The notes under the pieces were generated by a model. It did not search any database, was not told the DNA's origin, and saw only the letters and a list, made by a program, of their open reading frames with translations. From contig NW_026869095.1 in NCBI RefSeq assembly GCF_020745735.1, positions 248,001 to 312,000 of the forward strand: a stretch of 64,000 bases of DNA, given 5' to 3'. Each line of letters opens with the position of its first letter. Positions within the stretch are counted from its first letter, which is position 1. Made by a program: the position numbers and the translations under genes. This document shows positions 24,640 to 36,100 of the stretch, piece after piece. The DNA comes from Hemiscyllium ocellatum. Lineage: Eukaryota.

Positions 24640-25170
24640 AGAGAAGTATTTTCTTATTCTTCTAATCAATGATGTAAAAGAATTACGATTTTTGAGAGAA
24701 ACTGAAACCAATCAGTCCCCAATGCTGGATGATGATGCAAGTGGATTTCCAGAGGAATCAGTGAAAGGGAAATATAAATTGGAGGTTTACACTGGTCCCA
24801 TCATGGAGAGCTGGATTGAAGAATGACTTAGCAAACGTTGAGATGTTGGAATTGGAACAGTGTACCAACAGTGAAGAGAAGGAATTGATTTTATCCTAGT
24901 CCATGACCTGTTAGGTTCAAAAATGTTCCCCTCAGGGAGGGTGGTGCAGTGACCAGTACCAGTAAAAGCAATTGAGATGCTACAGGAGGAATATTCTGGG
25001 CTGTTTTCTGACTGTGTTGTGATTAGACCTCAGTCTCTCAGATTCAGAGAGAAAGAGGAGTCAATGAAAGATGTCATGGAAACGACGTTCCAAGTTGCAA
25101 TTTTTGAAAACTTATACAATAGGGTCAAAGGTGAAGAGAATGAGGCTGACATATTTGGACCACCTTCTTG
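24640..25170 (+). mobile_element. Decayed Gypsy (Gmr1-like) LTR retrotransposon protease region
   Basis: Broken frames read LRFLRETETNQSPML (like ILRDTGASQSL), EGIDFILVHDLLGSK (like GIDFILGNDLAG) and EEYSGLFSDCVV. Confidence 0.55.
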
Positions 25171-25574
25171 AAATGCGACAAAATGGGCGGTCATTCACTG
25201 GGTGGTCATTCTGTGTGAGTATTGGAACAATATTTTACACGTGACTCAAAATTCCAATAACCAGTGAAGATGCAAACTAAAATAACAAAACATTTTTATT
25301 TTGCCAGACGTTCCTTACAGGTCACGTAGAAGTCGAACCCCAACCACCAATACACCTGCATCTTTAATTGTGATACCAGCTTTTGAAAAACTGTCCGGCA
25401 GGCTCTTAACAAATTGTGGAATGTGCTGTGTCAGGAACATTTGGTGAATTTCTGCAGTGCATCTTGTAGTTGGTACACACTGCTGCTACTGTACATCATT
25501 GACGCAGCTGCAATGTGGTGTCAACCAAGTGTTTTACTGAGTCCTGGATTCTTGAGGGTCACTGGTGTTACACT

Positions 25575-26090
25575 TGTCAGAGCGATGGTGCAGCTGAACA
25601 AATCTCTGGTGCGGCCGCACTTGGGGTATTGCGTACAATTCTGGTCACTGCATTACTGGAAGGGTGTGGAAGCCGAGGAAAGGGTGCAGAGAAGATTTAC
25701 CATGATGTTTCCTGTTATGGAGGGAAGGTCTTCTCAGGAAAGGCTGAGGGACCTGAGGCTGTTTTTGTTGGAGAGAATGTTGAGAGGTGACTTAATTTAG
25801 ACATATAAGATAATCAGAGGGTTAGATAAGGTGGATAGTGAGAACTATTTTCCTTGGATGGTGATGGCTAGCATAGGGGAGATCACTTTAAATTGAGGGG
25901 TGATAGATAAAGGACAGATGTCAGACGTAGTTTCTTTACTCAGACTAGTAAGGGCGCGGAACATCCTGTCTGCAACAGTTGTAGACACGCCAACTTTAAG
26001 GGCATTTAAATGGGCATTGGATAGGCATATGGACGAGAATGAAGTAGTGTAGGTTAGATGGGCTTCAGATTGGTTTCACAGATTGGCCTC
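25575..26090 (+). mobile_element. CR1 LINE 3' fragment
   Basis: KSLVRPHLGYCVQFWS...ERVQRRFT...LRGDLI peptide typical of the CR1 ORF2 C-terminus. Confidence 0.85.
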
Positions 26091-26269
26091 AGATGTTCCA
26101 TTGGGTTTTGTATGGCTTCCTGATATACCTTATTCGCTTTCAGACGGCTTTAAGTTTACCCCACCAATCTTCACCCCTTACTTCGAGGTTTCCAGATATT
26201 CTACTAGGCCGCACCCCTAGATTAAAATAAATTTGTATTTCATTCTACTCAGTCCGACTCGGCCTAGAA

Positions 26270-26548
26270 TAGCGTGGTACAGTGGTAAGCCTCGCAGTGC
26301 CAGGGATTCGGGTTCAGTTGCAGCCTTGGGAGACTCTCTCTCTCTGAGGTTTGCACATTCCCCACATGTCTGCCTGCCTGGGTTTCCTCCGAGTGTTTCA
26401 GTTTGCTCCCATACTCTGAAAATGTGCTCAACGCTAAACTGTACTGTGGTGTACAGTTTACCTGGGTTAGCAATGATAATGGGGATAGAATAAGATGCTA
26501 TTCTGAGTGGCCCACTTCTGCACTGTAATGATTCTATAATTCTATGAG
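26270..26548 (+). mobile_element. Decayed tRNA-derived V-SINE (HE1-like)
   Basis: A/B-box remnants, TTTGCACATTCCCC...GGGTTTCCTCCG V-domain, ATTCTAT tail. Confidence 0.7.
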
Positions 26549-27439
26549 TCCTTTGGTACCACAACTTACACTCAATAACTACACGGTTATCCCCTCTAAC
26601 TATGGGCAGTGAAGTGAATGTACTCACCACATATCCACTCACCACCCTGCTCATAGCCCCAACTGCTCGGAGGTTTTCAGTCCCAAGTTGCTCTTAAGAA
26701 CACGTACTATGTTTTTGTGGGAGATCCTCAAAGTCTGGCTCAGAGACGTTTTGCAAGTTCCAGTCCAGAGCAGCATATTTATACATTTTTGAGTTACAAT
26801 GGTTACATGCAACATCACTATAAATTAAGCACCATGTCAATCAATTTCTTGTCAATTCCCAATTGTGGTTTTCATGTTTTCACCAGATGTTCCGATTCCC
26901 TTCTTTGCATGGCTAATCTGTTTTCCCCATTTGTCCTCCATGTCCTGTATTCCTGTTCCTAACTGACTGTACTGTGTGATGCCAATAACCCATGGGTCCA
27001 GGGATCAATATAGCATGACCATCTTGCCCAACACAAATAACAGCTACTCCTTCAGTTAGATCGTTCTCTTTTTCTGCCCCTGCAGTCACTTAGTGCATGC
27101 TTTGACAATCTATTTCCTTATATGAATATATTTCACTCAGCACTACCACCTACTGCTTACACAAGTTTATTTTCTATTCTGCTACTTTCCTGGGGTTTTC
27201 CCTTTTTATTCTCTTTCAGGATGTTTTAAAAGAGTCTCGGATATATATTTGAAAGTGATGAATTTAGAGAGCTGCAGGAGTAGGGCTGGAGAATGGGAAC
27301 AGCACCGGGTTGAATGTCCCCTGTATTGTAACATTACATGATTCTATACACGTACAACATTAATGTGTTCCATCACCAGGAAACCACTCATTTAAATGGC
27401 AGGCATTCCAGTGCTCCTTCTACAGTGATGGTTAAAATT

Positions 27440-28830
27440 AAAAGATCATTGGAAATAAGAGCAGGAGAAGGACATTTGCCTCCTTGAGCCAGCTCCACTT
27501 TTCGATAAGGTCGTGGTTGACCTGGTGGTGGGCTCAGCATTGCTTTCCTTTCTGTCGGGCACAACTCCCAACTCCTTCAATGAAAACTCTGTCCAACTCA
27601 GCCTTGAATGTGCTCGGCGGCCCAATCTCCACTGCTTTCTGGGAGAGAGAATTCCACAGACTCATCATCCTCACTCCATGATGAAATTCATCCTTACCTT
27701 CAACTTAAATAGACAGACACCTCAGTTTTAAGCTGTGATCCCCTAGGAGAGTCAAACGTCTTCTGACCATCAGTCGATACTGCCAAAGCCCCTTCAGAAT
27801 TTTTTGTGAAGATCATCACTCATTCTTCTAAATTTCAATCCATAAGGTGTTTAATCTTTCTTCAGAACTAAACTCCCCTCATCACAGGAATCAGCTGAGT
27901 GAACCTTCTCTGCATGGCCCCAACTGCAAGTCCATCCCTCCCGATATGAGGAGATCAAGTTGTGCACAGTACTCCAGGTGTGGTCTCACCAATGTTCTGT
28001 ACAGTCATTGCAAAATGTCTCTGTTTTTACACTTCATCTCCTTGGCAATTAAAAAAACAACAACTTTCCAGTTCCTGTCCAGTCACTTTGTATGCTTACA
28101 TGCTGACTTTATTGTGATTCATGCGCAAGGAAGCATAGTTCACAAGGTGGAACATGTATTGGTGAAGGTAAGAAATGCCAAGGGTTAGAAAATATCGGTG
28201 CCTGCAACCTATAGGACCCCTTCCAGTCCCAGAAATGTAAAGGAAGACATTCAGCATGAAATGAGAGATACATACAACAAGGAACAACTGTAATTACGGT
28301 CCACTCAAATTGACATGTAGATTGGACAAATCAAATTAGCAATGATATTGTGAGGGAGGATTTCCTGGAATGAGTATGTTGAGGGATTAACTCGAGATCA
28401 GGTTTTTCTAAACTGGGTATTGTCCAGAGAGAAAGAAATAATTAATAACCTTTGTTGCACAGGATCTCTTCGGGAAGAGAACCATAATACAATTAATGTG
28501 GAAAGTAAAGTAGTCGAATCTGAAACTATGGTCCTGATTCTAAATTGAAGTGAAATACAAGGGTATAAATTGCAAACTGTCAAGAACAGATTGAAGAACT
28601 TTACTGAAAGGTTTGACAGTGGACAATTAATGATGAATATTTAAACATCTTGTGCATGAATTACAATAATCATCCATTCCTGTCTGGCACAAAAATGAGA
28701 GAGAAAAGACAGCTCAGCCATAGCTTCCACAAGAAATGAGGGTCAGTATTCGATCCAGAGAGGAATCATATAAAATGACCTGAAAAAGCAGCAACCTGAG
28801 GATTGGTAGCTTTTAGCAATCAGCAAAAAA
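27440..28830. mobile_element. Old CR1 LINE fragments (about 27440-28130 minus, 28300-28830 plus)
   Basis: CACAGTACTCCAGGTGTGGTCTCACC (reverse of VRPHLEYCA) and decayed ORF2-like sequence. Confidence 0.6.
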
Positions 28831-28834
28831 GTTG

Positions 28835-29325
28835 GAGCCCCAGTGTCATTTCAATACAACAGCATGTTCCCACACCAACATTTCTGCCACAGGCCTGCTG
28901 CAGTGTACCAGTGACCCTCAGTGCCAGCTCAACAAACAACAAGTCATTTTCTACTAGCACTCAACACGGAGTTGAATAACTTTAGAGTCTGATTTTGTCC
29001 TTCCATGCTTTCTACCCATCTCCACCCCCTGGTCCTGTCATGACACGGGCTGTTTTCAGCACAGCCTACCCATTCTTTCCTGCTCTCAGCTCTCATTATC
29101 ACTTATTCAGCTCCCTTCTGTCTTGGCCTACTGTCGATAATCCCCTTCTCTCTCTACCCCTTTCATATCTCTCTCTTTCTCTCTCTGGTCTACATCTCCA
29201 CTGACCGGCTTACCTCTCCCTTCCACTAACCCCGCCTCTTTTTCAGCATAAATCCCATTTTTTCCACAGCATTGTCTGTTGTAATGAAGAGCTTCTGATC
29301 TGCAAAGGGTAACTGTAAAGGGCAG
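28835..29325 (+). mobile_element. Decayed Penelope-like 3' end
   Basis: GLLQC...LNTELNNFR-like GIY-YIG C-terminal remnant, CT-rich tract, degenerate hammerhead-like end. Confidence 0.45.
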
Positions 29326-30040
29326 CTACATAAAAATTGTGGCTACAACAGAATTTCTTTGGCAAGAACCCTGCAATTAGTTTCCAAACATTACAAACTC
29401 CACCACTCTGAAAAAAAGGGAGCAACAGCTACTGAGGAACACCACAACCTGCAAGTTTCACTCTCTGTCACTGACCATGGTTATTTGGAATTATATCACT
29501 GTTCCTCCATAGTGGTGGGGTTAAAATCCTGAAACTACGACCCCAATACCTCTGTGGGTGCTGCATTTGTGGCTGTTCATAATTTCCCAGGAGAAGGTGA
29601 TAGTGAGCTGCCTTATTGAAATGCTGTCGTCCATTTGGTGTACCTTGGTAGACCATGGCATTGGGGAGGGGATTTTTAAGACTTTGACCCAGCAACAGTG
29701 AAGAAATATGTGTGAGGACGGTGTGTGGGTTGAATGGGTTCTTATAGGTGATAGTATTCCCATGTACCAGCAGGCCATTTCCTTTTCATGGTGGTTATCA
29801 TGAATTTGGAAGACAGGGACTGATCGGGCCCTACCTATGATAGGGCCATAGGTAGTGTTTTAGAACAGAGAGACTTTGGGGTTCAGGTACATAAGTCTTT
29901 GAAATTTGTATCACAGATAAACGAGGCTATTAAGAAGATATTTAGTACCTTTGCCTTCATTGTTCAGACGTTTGAGTATCAGAGATGGAACATTTTGTTG
30001 AGGTAGTGTAGAACATTGGTGAGGCCTCTTCTGGAGTAGT

Positions 30041-30252
30041 TGCAAATGTGTTGCTGGTCAAAGCACAGCAGGCCAGGCAGCATCTCAGGAATAGAGAATT
30101 CGACGTTTCGAGCATAAGCCCTTCATCAGGAATGCTCTATTATGCTCGAAACGTCGAATTCTCTATTCCTGAGATGCTGCCTGGCCTGCTGTGCTTTGAC
30201 CAGCAACACATTTGCAGCTGTGATCTCCAGCATCTGCAGACCTCATTTTTTA
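30041..30252. mobile_element. Short non-autonomous Penelope-type fold-back element with hammerhead
   Basis: 77-bp inverted arms 30041-30117 and 30140-30216; 15-bp TSD CTCTTCTGGAGTAGT at 30026-30040 and 30253-30267. Confidence 0.85.
30098..30133 (-). ncRNA. Minimal hammerhead ribozyme motif
   Basis: ATTC-CTGATGA-A-GGGC-TTAT-GCTC-GAAA-CG-TC-GAAT: 4-bp stem I, stem II, GUC cleavage triplet. Confidence 0.8.
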
Positions 30253-30751
30253 CTCTTCTGGAGTAGTGTCCATTTCTGATCGTTCATTTGCAGGAATGAC
30301 ATCATTCAACTGGAGAGGGGTCATAAAAGATTGACCAGGATTTTGCCAAGAATTGAGGGTTGAGACTGGAAAGGCTTGGATATTTTTTCCCACTGGAGCA
30401 GAGGGGGTTTAGGGTGACCTTCTTAAGGTTTATAAAATCATGAGGGACATAGATAAGGTGAATGACAAGGGTCTTTTCTCTCGGTTGGTGTTGTTCAAAA
30501 CTAGCAGGCGTATTTTTAATTCGAGAGGAGAAAGATTTAAAGAGGATATGAAGGGCAACATTTTTACACAGAGAATGATTTGTCTGTGAAATGAACTGCC
30601 TGCGAAAGTGCTGTATAAGGATACAGTGATGTCATTTAAGAGACATTTGGCTAAGCGAATGAATAAGAAAGGTTTGGAGGGATAATGGGCCAAGCACAAG
30701 CAGGTGGGGCTGGTTTAGTTTAGCAACTTGCTTGACATGGACTAGTTGTAC

Positions 30752-30943
30752 TGATGATGCCCTCAGCGCATCCCATCCACTTCCTGCAACTCCGCCCTCA
30801 AAACCCACCTCTTCAACTGATGAAGGGCTCTTGCCTGAAACATCAATACTCCTGCTGCACGGATGCTGCCTGACCTGCTGTGCTTTTCCAACACCATACT
30901 CTTGACTCTGATCTCCAGCATCTGCAGTCCTCACTTTCTCCTT
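30752..30943 (+). mobile_element. Related short Penelope-type element with degenerate hammerhead (30817-30845)
   Basis: CTGATGAAGGGCTCTTGCCTGAAACATC; shares GATGCTGCCTG and ATCTCCAGCATCTGCAG with the 30041 element; 7-bp TSD GTTGTAC. Confidence 0.7.
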
Positions 30944-31059
30944 GTTGTACCAAAGAGTCTGTTTCCATGCTGTATGACTCTTAGTAAGTACAAGACAGAC
31001 GATGAAAGAATGAAAAAAGAGGGGTAACTCAGGAGACATTATTAGAGATGTTGGAAATC

Positions 31060-33160
31060 CTGGGTGTGTGAAAACTATCATGAGGGCACTTTACCCAAAT
31101 GTTCGTAGCATTTTTAACAAGGTTGATGGGTTAACAACACAAATAATCCGGAATGAATATGATTTAGTCGCCATGACGGAGACATGGTGACAGGATGGTT
31201 ACAACTGGGAGTTAAATACCCAGGTATCAGACTATTTGGAAGGACAGGCAGGAAGGTAAGGGAGGTGGTATAGCTCTGATATTCAAGGACAGCATCAGGG
31301 CGGTGCTGAGAGGTGACATAGGTTCTATGGAGAAGAAGGTTGAATCCATTTGGGTGGAAATTACAAATTCTAAGAAGAAAACGTCACTGATAGGCGTAGA
31401 CTATAGGCCACTAAATAATAACACCACATTTGGTCAGGCAGTATAAAAGAACTAACTCATGCATGTAAAAATGTTATGGCAGTTACCGTGGGGGATTTTA
31501 ATCTACATGTTAATTGGTCGAACCAGCTCAGTTAGGGTAGCCTTGAGAAGGAGTTCATGGAGTGCATCCGCAATAGTCTTCTTGAACAGTATGTAATGAA
31601 ACCGATGAGGGAACAAGCTATCCTAGGTGCTGTGTGATGAGACAGGAATAATTAATGACCCCATCGTTGGGGATCCTCTTAGCAGGAGCAATCACAGTAT
31701 GGTTGAAGTTAGAATAGAGAGTGTGAAGATAAAACTCAAGAACAGGGTCCTGTGCTTAAACAAGGGAGACTACAATAGGATGAGGGAGGCCTTGGCTAAA
31801 GTGGACATGGAAACAAAGACTTTATGGTGGGAAGGTTGACAAGCAGTGGAGGACTTTCAAAGCAATTTTTCAAAGTGCTCAGCAAAAGTATATTCTAGTG
31901 AAAAGGAAGGACTGTAAGAAAAGGGGTTATCTACCATGGGTGTCTCAGGAATTAAGGGAGGCTATCAAATTGAAAGGAAAGGAATACAAAGTGGCCAAGA
32001 TCAGCGGGAAACTAGAACATTGGGAAAACTTTAAAGATGAATAGAAAGTCACAAAAAAAGGTGTGATAGAACACGAGAAAAAAAAACTTGCACAGAATAT
32101 AAAGATAGATAGCAAAAGTTTCTATAAATATATAAAACAAAAAAGAGTGGCTAAAGTAAACATTGGCTCTTTAGAGGATGAGAAGAGGTTTTTAGTTATG
32201 GGATATGATGAAATGGCCAAGGCATTGAATAGGTTTTTGTGTCAGTCTTCACAGTGGAGGACACAAATAACATGCCAGTAACTGACAAACAGACGAAGGT
32301 AGGTGAGGACTGGGAAACCATCAGTATTACAGAAGAGGTCGTGGTGGGAAAGCTATGGAATGCATCCAGTGGAACTAAGGATAAACAAGTCTCCTGACCC
32401 TGATGGAATGCACCCCAGGATACTAAACGAGATGGTGGGAGAAATAACAAGTGCACTTGGGGTAATTTTCCAGATTCGCTGGACTTGATAGTTTCAGCGG
32501 ATTGGAAAACAGCAAATGTGACACCACTGTTTAAAAAGGGAGGTAGACAAAAAATGGGGAATTATACTCAGTTAGCATAACGTCTGTAGTGGGCAAGATG
32601 CTTGAATCTATTATCAAGGAAGAAATAGCAAGGCATCTGGATAGAAATTGTCTCACTGGGCAGACGCAACATGGTTCATGAAGGGCAGGTTAACTATTCT
32701 TTCGGAATTCTATGAAGACATTATGAGCAAGGTGGGTAAGATGTCACACATGAGGCTACTCCATAAGATAAAGATGCATGGCATTCCAGGTAAAGTATTA
32801 GCATGGATAGAGGATTGGTTGACTAACAGGAAGCAAAGAGTGGGAATAAATGAATGCTATTCTGGTTGGCAATCAGTAACTAGTGGTGTGTGTCAGGGAT
32901 CAGTGTTGGGACCGTAATTATTTACAATTTATATAGGTGATTTGGAGTTGAGGACCACATGTAGTGTGTCAAAGTTGCAGATGACATGAGGATGAGTGGC
33001 AGAGCAACGCGTGCAGAGGACTGTGAAACATTACAGACGAACATAGATACTTTAAGTAAATGGGTAAAGGTCTGGCAGATGTAATACAATGTTAATAAAT
33101 GTGAAGTCATCTATTTTGGTCAGAGTAACAGTAAAAACGACTTACTTGAATGGTTAAAAA
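31060..33160 (+). mobile_element. Decayed CR1 LINE ORF2 (endonuclease to RT), truncated at the satellite
   Basis: TETW, YRP, GDFN, KSPDPDGMHPRIL, WIEDWLTNRKQRVGIN, QGSVLGP and VADD remnants with stops and frameshifts. Confidence 0.88.
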
Positions 33161-33163
33161 GTA

Positions 33164-36100
33164 TTACCCAGTTATTACCCAGCAGCTGTCTCCCTTTATA
33201 AGTTCTCAGGGTATTTAACTCAGTAATTACCCAGCAGCGGTCTCTCTGTATAAGTGCTCAGGGTATTTAATTCAGTAATTACCCAGCAGCGGTCCCCCTT
33301 CATAAGTGCTCTGTGTATTTAATACAGTAATTACCCAGTAGCAGACTCTCTCTATAAGTGTTCAGGGTATTTAACTCAATAATTACTCAGCAGCGGTCTC
33401 TCTGTATAAGTGCTCAGGGTATTTATCTCAGTAATTACCCAGCAGCGGTCTCTCTGTATAAGTGCTCAGGGTATTTAATTCATTTATTTCCCAGCAGCGT
33501 TCTCTCTCTACAAGTGCTCAGGGTATTTAACTCAGTAATTACCCAGCAGCGGTCTCCCTTTATAAGTGCTCAGGGCATTTAATTCAGTAATTACCCAGCA
33601 GCGGTCTCTTTCTATAAGAGCTCAGGGTATTTAACTCAGTAATTACCCAGCAGCAGTCTGTCTCTATAAGTCCTTGGGGTATTTACTACAGTAATTACCC
33701 AGCAGCGGTCCCCGTTTATAAGTGCTCAGGGTATTTACTACAGTAATTACCCAGCAGCGGTCCCCATTTATAAGTGCTCAGGGTATTTAATACAGTAATT
33801 ACCCAGCAGTGGTCTCTCTGTGTAAGCGCTCAGGGTATTTAATTCAGTAATTACCCAGCAGCGGTCTCTCTCTATAAGTGCTCAGGGTACTTAATACACT
33901 AATTACCCAGCAACAGTCTCTCTCTATAAGTGCTCAGGGTATTGAATTCAGTAATTACCCAGCAGCAGACTCCCTTTATAAGTGCTCAGGGTATTTAAGA
34001 CAGGAATTACCCAGCAGCGGTCTATCTCTATTAGTGCTCAGGGTATTTATTACTGTAATTACCCAGCAATGGTCTGTATTTATTAGTGATCAGGGTATTT
34101 AATTCAGTAATTACCCAGCAGCAGTCTCTCTGTGTAAAGTGCTCAGGGTATTCAATACAGTAATTACCCAGCAGCGGTCTATCTCTATAAGTGCTCAGGG
34201 TATTTAATACAGTAATTACCCAGCAGCGGTCTCCCTTTATAAGTGCTCAGGGTATTTAATACAGTAATTACCCAGCAGCGGTCTCCCTTTATAAGTGCTC
34301 AGGGTATTTAATTCAGTAATTACCCAGCAGCGGTCCCTCTTTATAAGTGCTCAGGGTATTTAATACAGTAATTACCCTGCAGCAGTCTCTCTCTATAAGT
34401 GCTCAGGGTATGTAACTCAGTAATTACCCAGCAGCGATCTCTCTCCATAAGTGCTCAGGGTATTTAATTCAGTTATTTCCCAGCAGCGTTCTCTCCCTAC
34501 AAGTGCTCAGGGTATTTAATTCAGTTATTTCCCAGCAGCGTTCTCTCCATACAAGTGCTCAGTGTATTTAATACAGTATTTACCCAGCAGCAGTCTCTCT
34601 CTATAAGTGCTCAGGGTATTTAATACAGTAATTAGCCAGCAGCAGTCTCCTACTATAAGAGCTCAGGGTATTTAATCCAGTAATTACCCAGCAGCGGTCT
34701 CTCTGTATAAGTGCTCTGGGTATTTAATACAGTAATTACCCAGCAGCGGTCTCTCTCTATAAGTGCTCAGGGTATTTAATACAGTAATCAGCCAGCAGCA
34801 GTCCCCCTTTATAAGTGCTGAGGATATTTAATACAGAAATTGCCCAGCAGCAGTCTCCCTTAATAAGTTCTCAGGGTATTTAATTCAGTAATTACCCAGC
34901 ATTGATCTCTCTCTATAAGTGCTCAGGGTATTTAACTCAGTAATTACCCAGCAGCGGTCTCCCTTTATAAGTGCTCAGGGCATTTTATTCAGTAATTATC
35001 CAGCAGCAGTCTCCCTCTATAAGTGCTCAGGGTATTTAATACAGTAATTACCCAGCAGCGGTCTCCCTCTATTAGTGCTCAGGATATTTAATCCAGTAAT
35101 TACCCAGCAGCAGTCTCCCTCTATAAGTGCTCAGGGTATTTAATACAGTAATTACCCAGCAGCAGTCTCTCTGTATAAGTGCTCTGGGTATTTAATTCAG
35201 TAATTACCCAGCAGCGGTCTCTCTGTATAAGTGCTCAGTGTATTTAATACAGTAATTACCCAGCAGCAGTCCCCCTTTATAAGTGCTGAGGATATTTAAT
35301 ACAGAAATTGCCCAGCAGCGGTCTCCCTTGATAAGTTCTCAGGGTATTTAATACAGTAATTACCCAGCATTGGTCTCTCTCTATAAGTGCTCAGGGTATT
35401 TAATTCAGTAATTACCCAGCATTGGTCTCTCTCTATAAGTGCTCAGGGTATTTAACTCAGTAATTACCCAGCAGCGGTCTCCCTTTATATGTGCTCAGGG
35501 TATTTTATTCAGTAATTACCCAGCAGTGGTCTCTCTCTATAAGTGCTCAGGGTATTTAATACAGGAATTACCCAGCAGCGGTCTCTCTCTATAAGTGCTC
35601 AGGGTATTTAATACAGTAATTACCCAGTAGCGGTCTCTCTCTATAAGTGCTCAGGGTATTTAATACAGGAATTACCCAGCAGCGGTCTCTCTCTATTAGT
35701 GCTCAGGGTATTTAATACAGTAATTACCCAGCAGCGGACCCCCTTCATAAGTGCTCAGGGTATTTAACTCAGTAATTACCCAGCAGCGATTTCTCTCCAT
35801 AAGTGCTCAGGGTATTTAATTCAGTTATTTCCCAGCAGCGTTCTCTCTCTACAAGTGCTCAGTGTATTTAATACAGTATTTACCCAGCAGCAGTCTCTCT
35901 CTATAAGTGCTCAAGGTATTTATCTCAGTAATTACCTAGCAGCGGTCTCTGTCTCTATAATTGCTCAGGGTATTTAGTACAGTAATTACCCAGCAGCAGT
36001 CTCCCTTTATAAGTGCTCAGGGTATTTAATACAGTAATTATCCAGCAGCCGTCTCTCTCTATAAGTGCTCAGAGTATTTAACTCAGTAATTACCTAGCAG

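Larger units (their letters stand above)
29810..30985 (+). mobile_element. CR1 3' region interrupted by two younger insertions
   Basis: LVRPLLE..., RGDL..VYKIMRDIDKV, tail CTGTTTCCATGCTGTATGACTCT. Confidence 0.8.
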
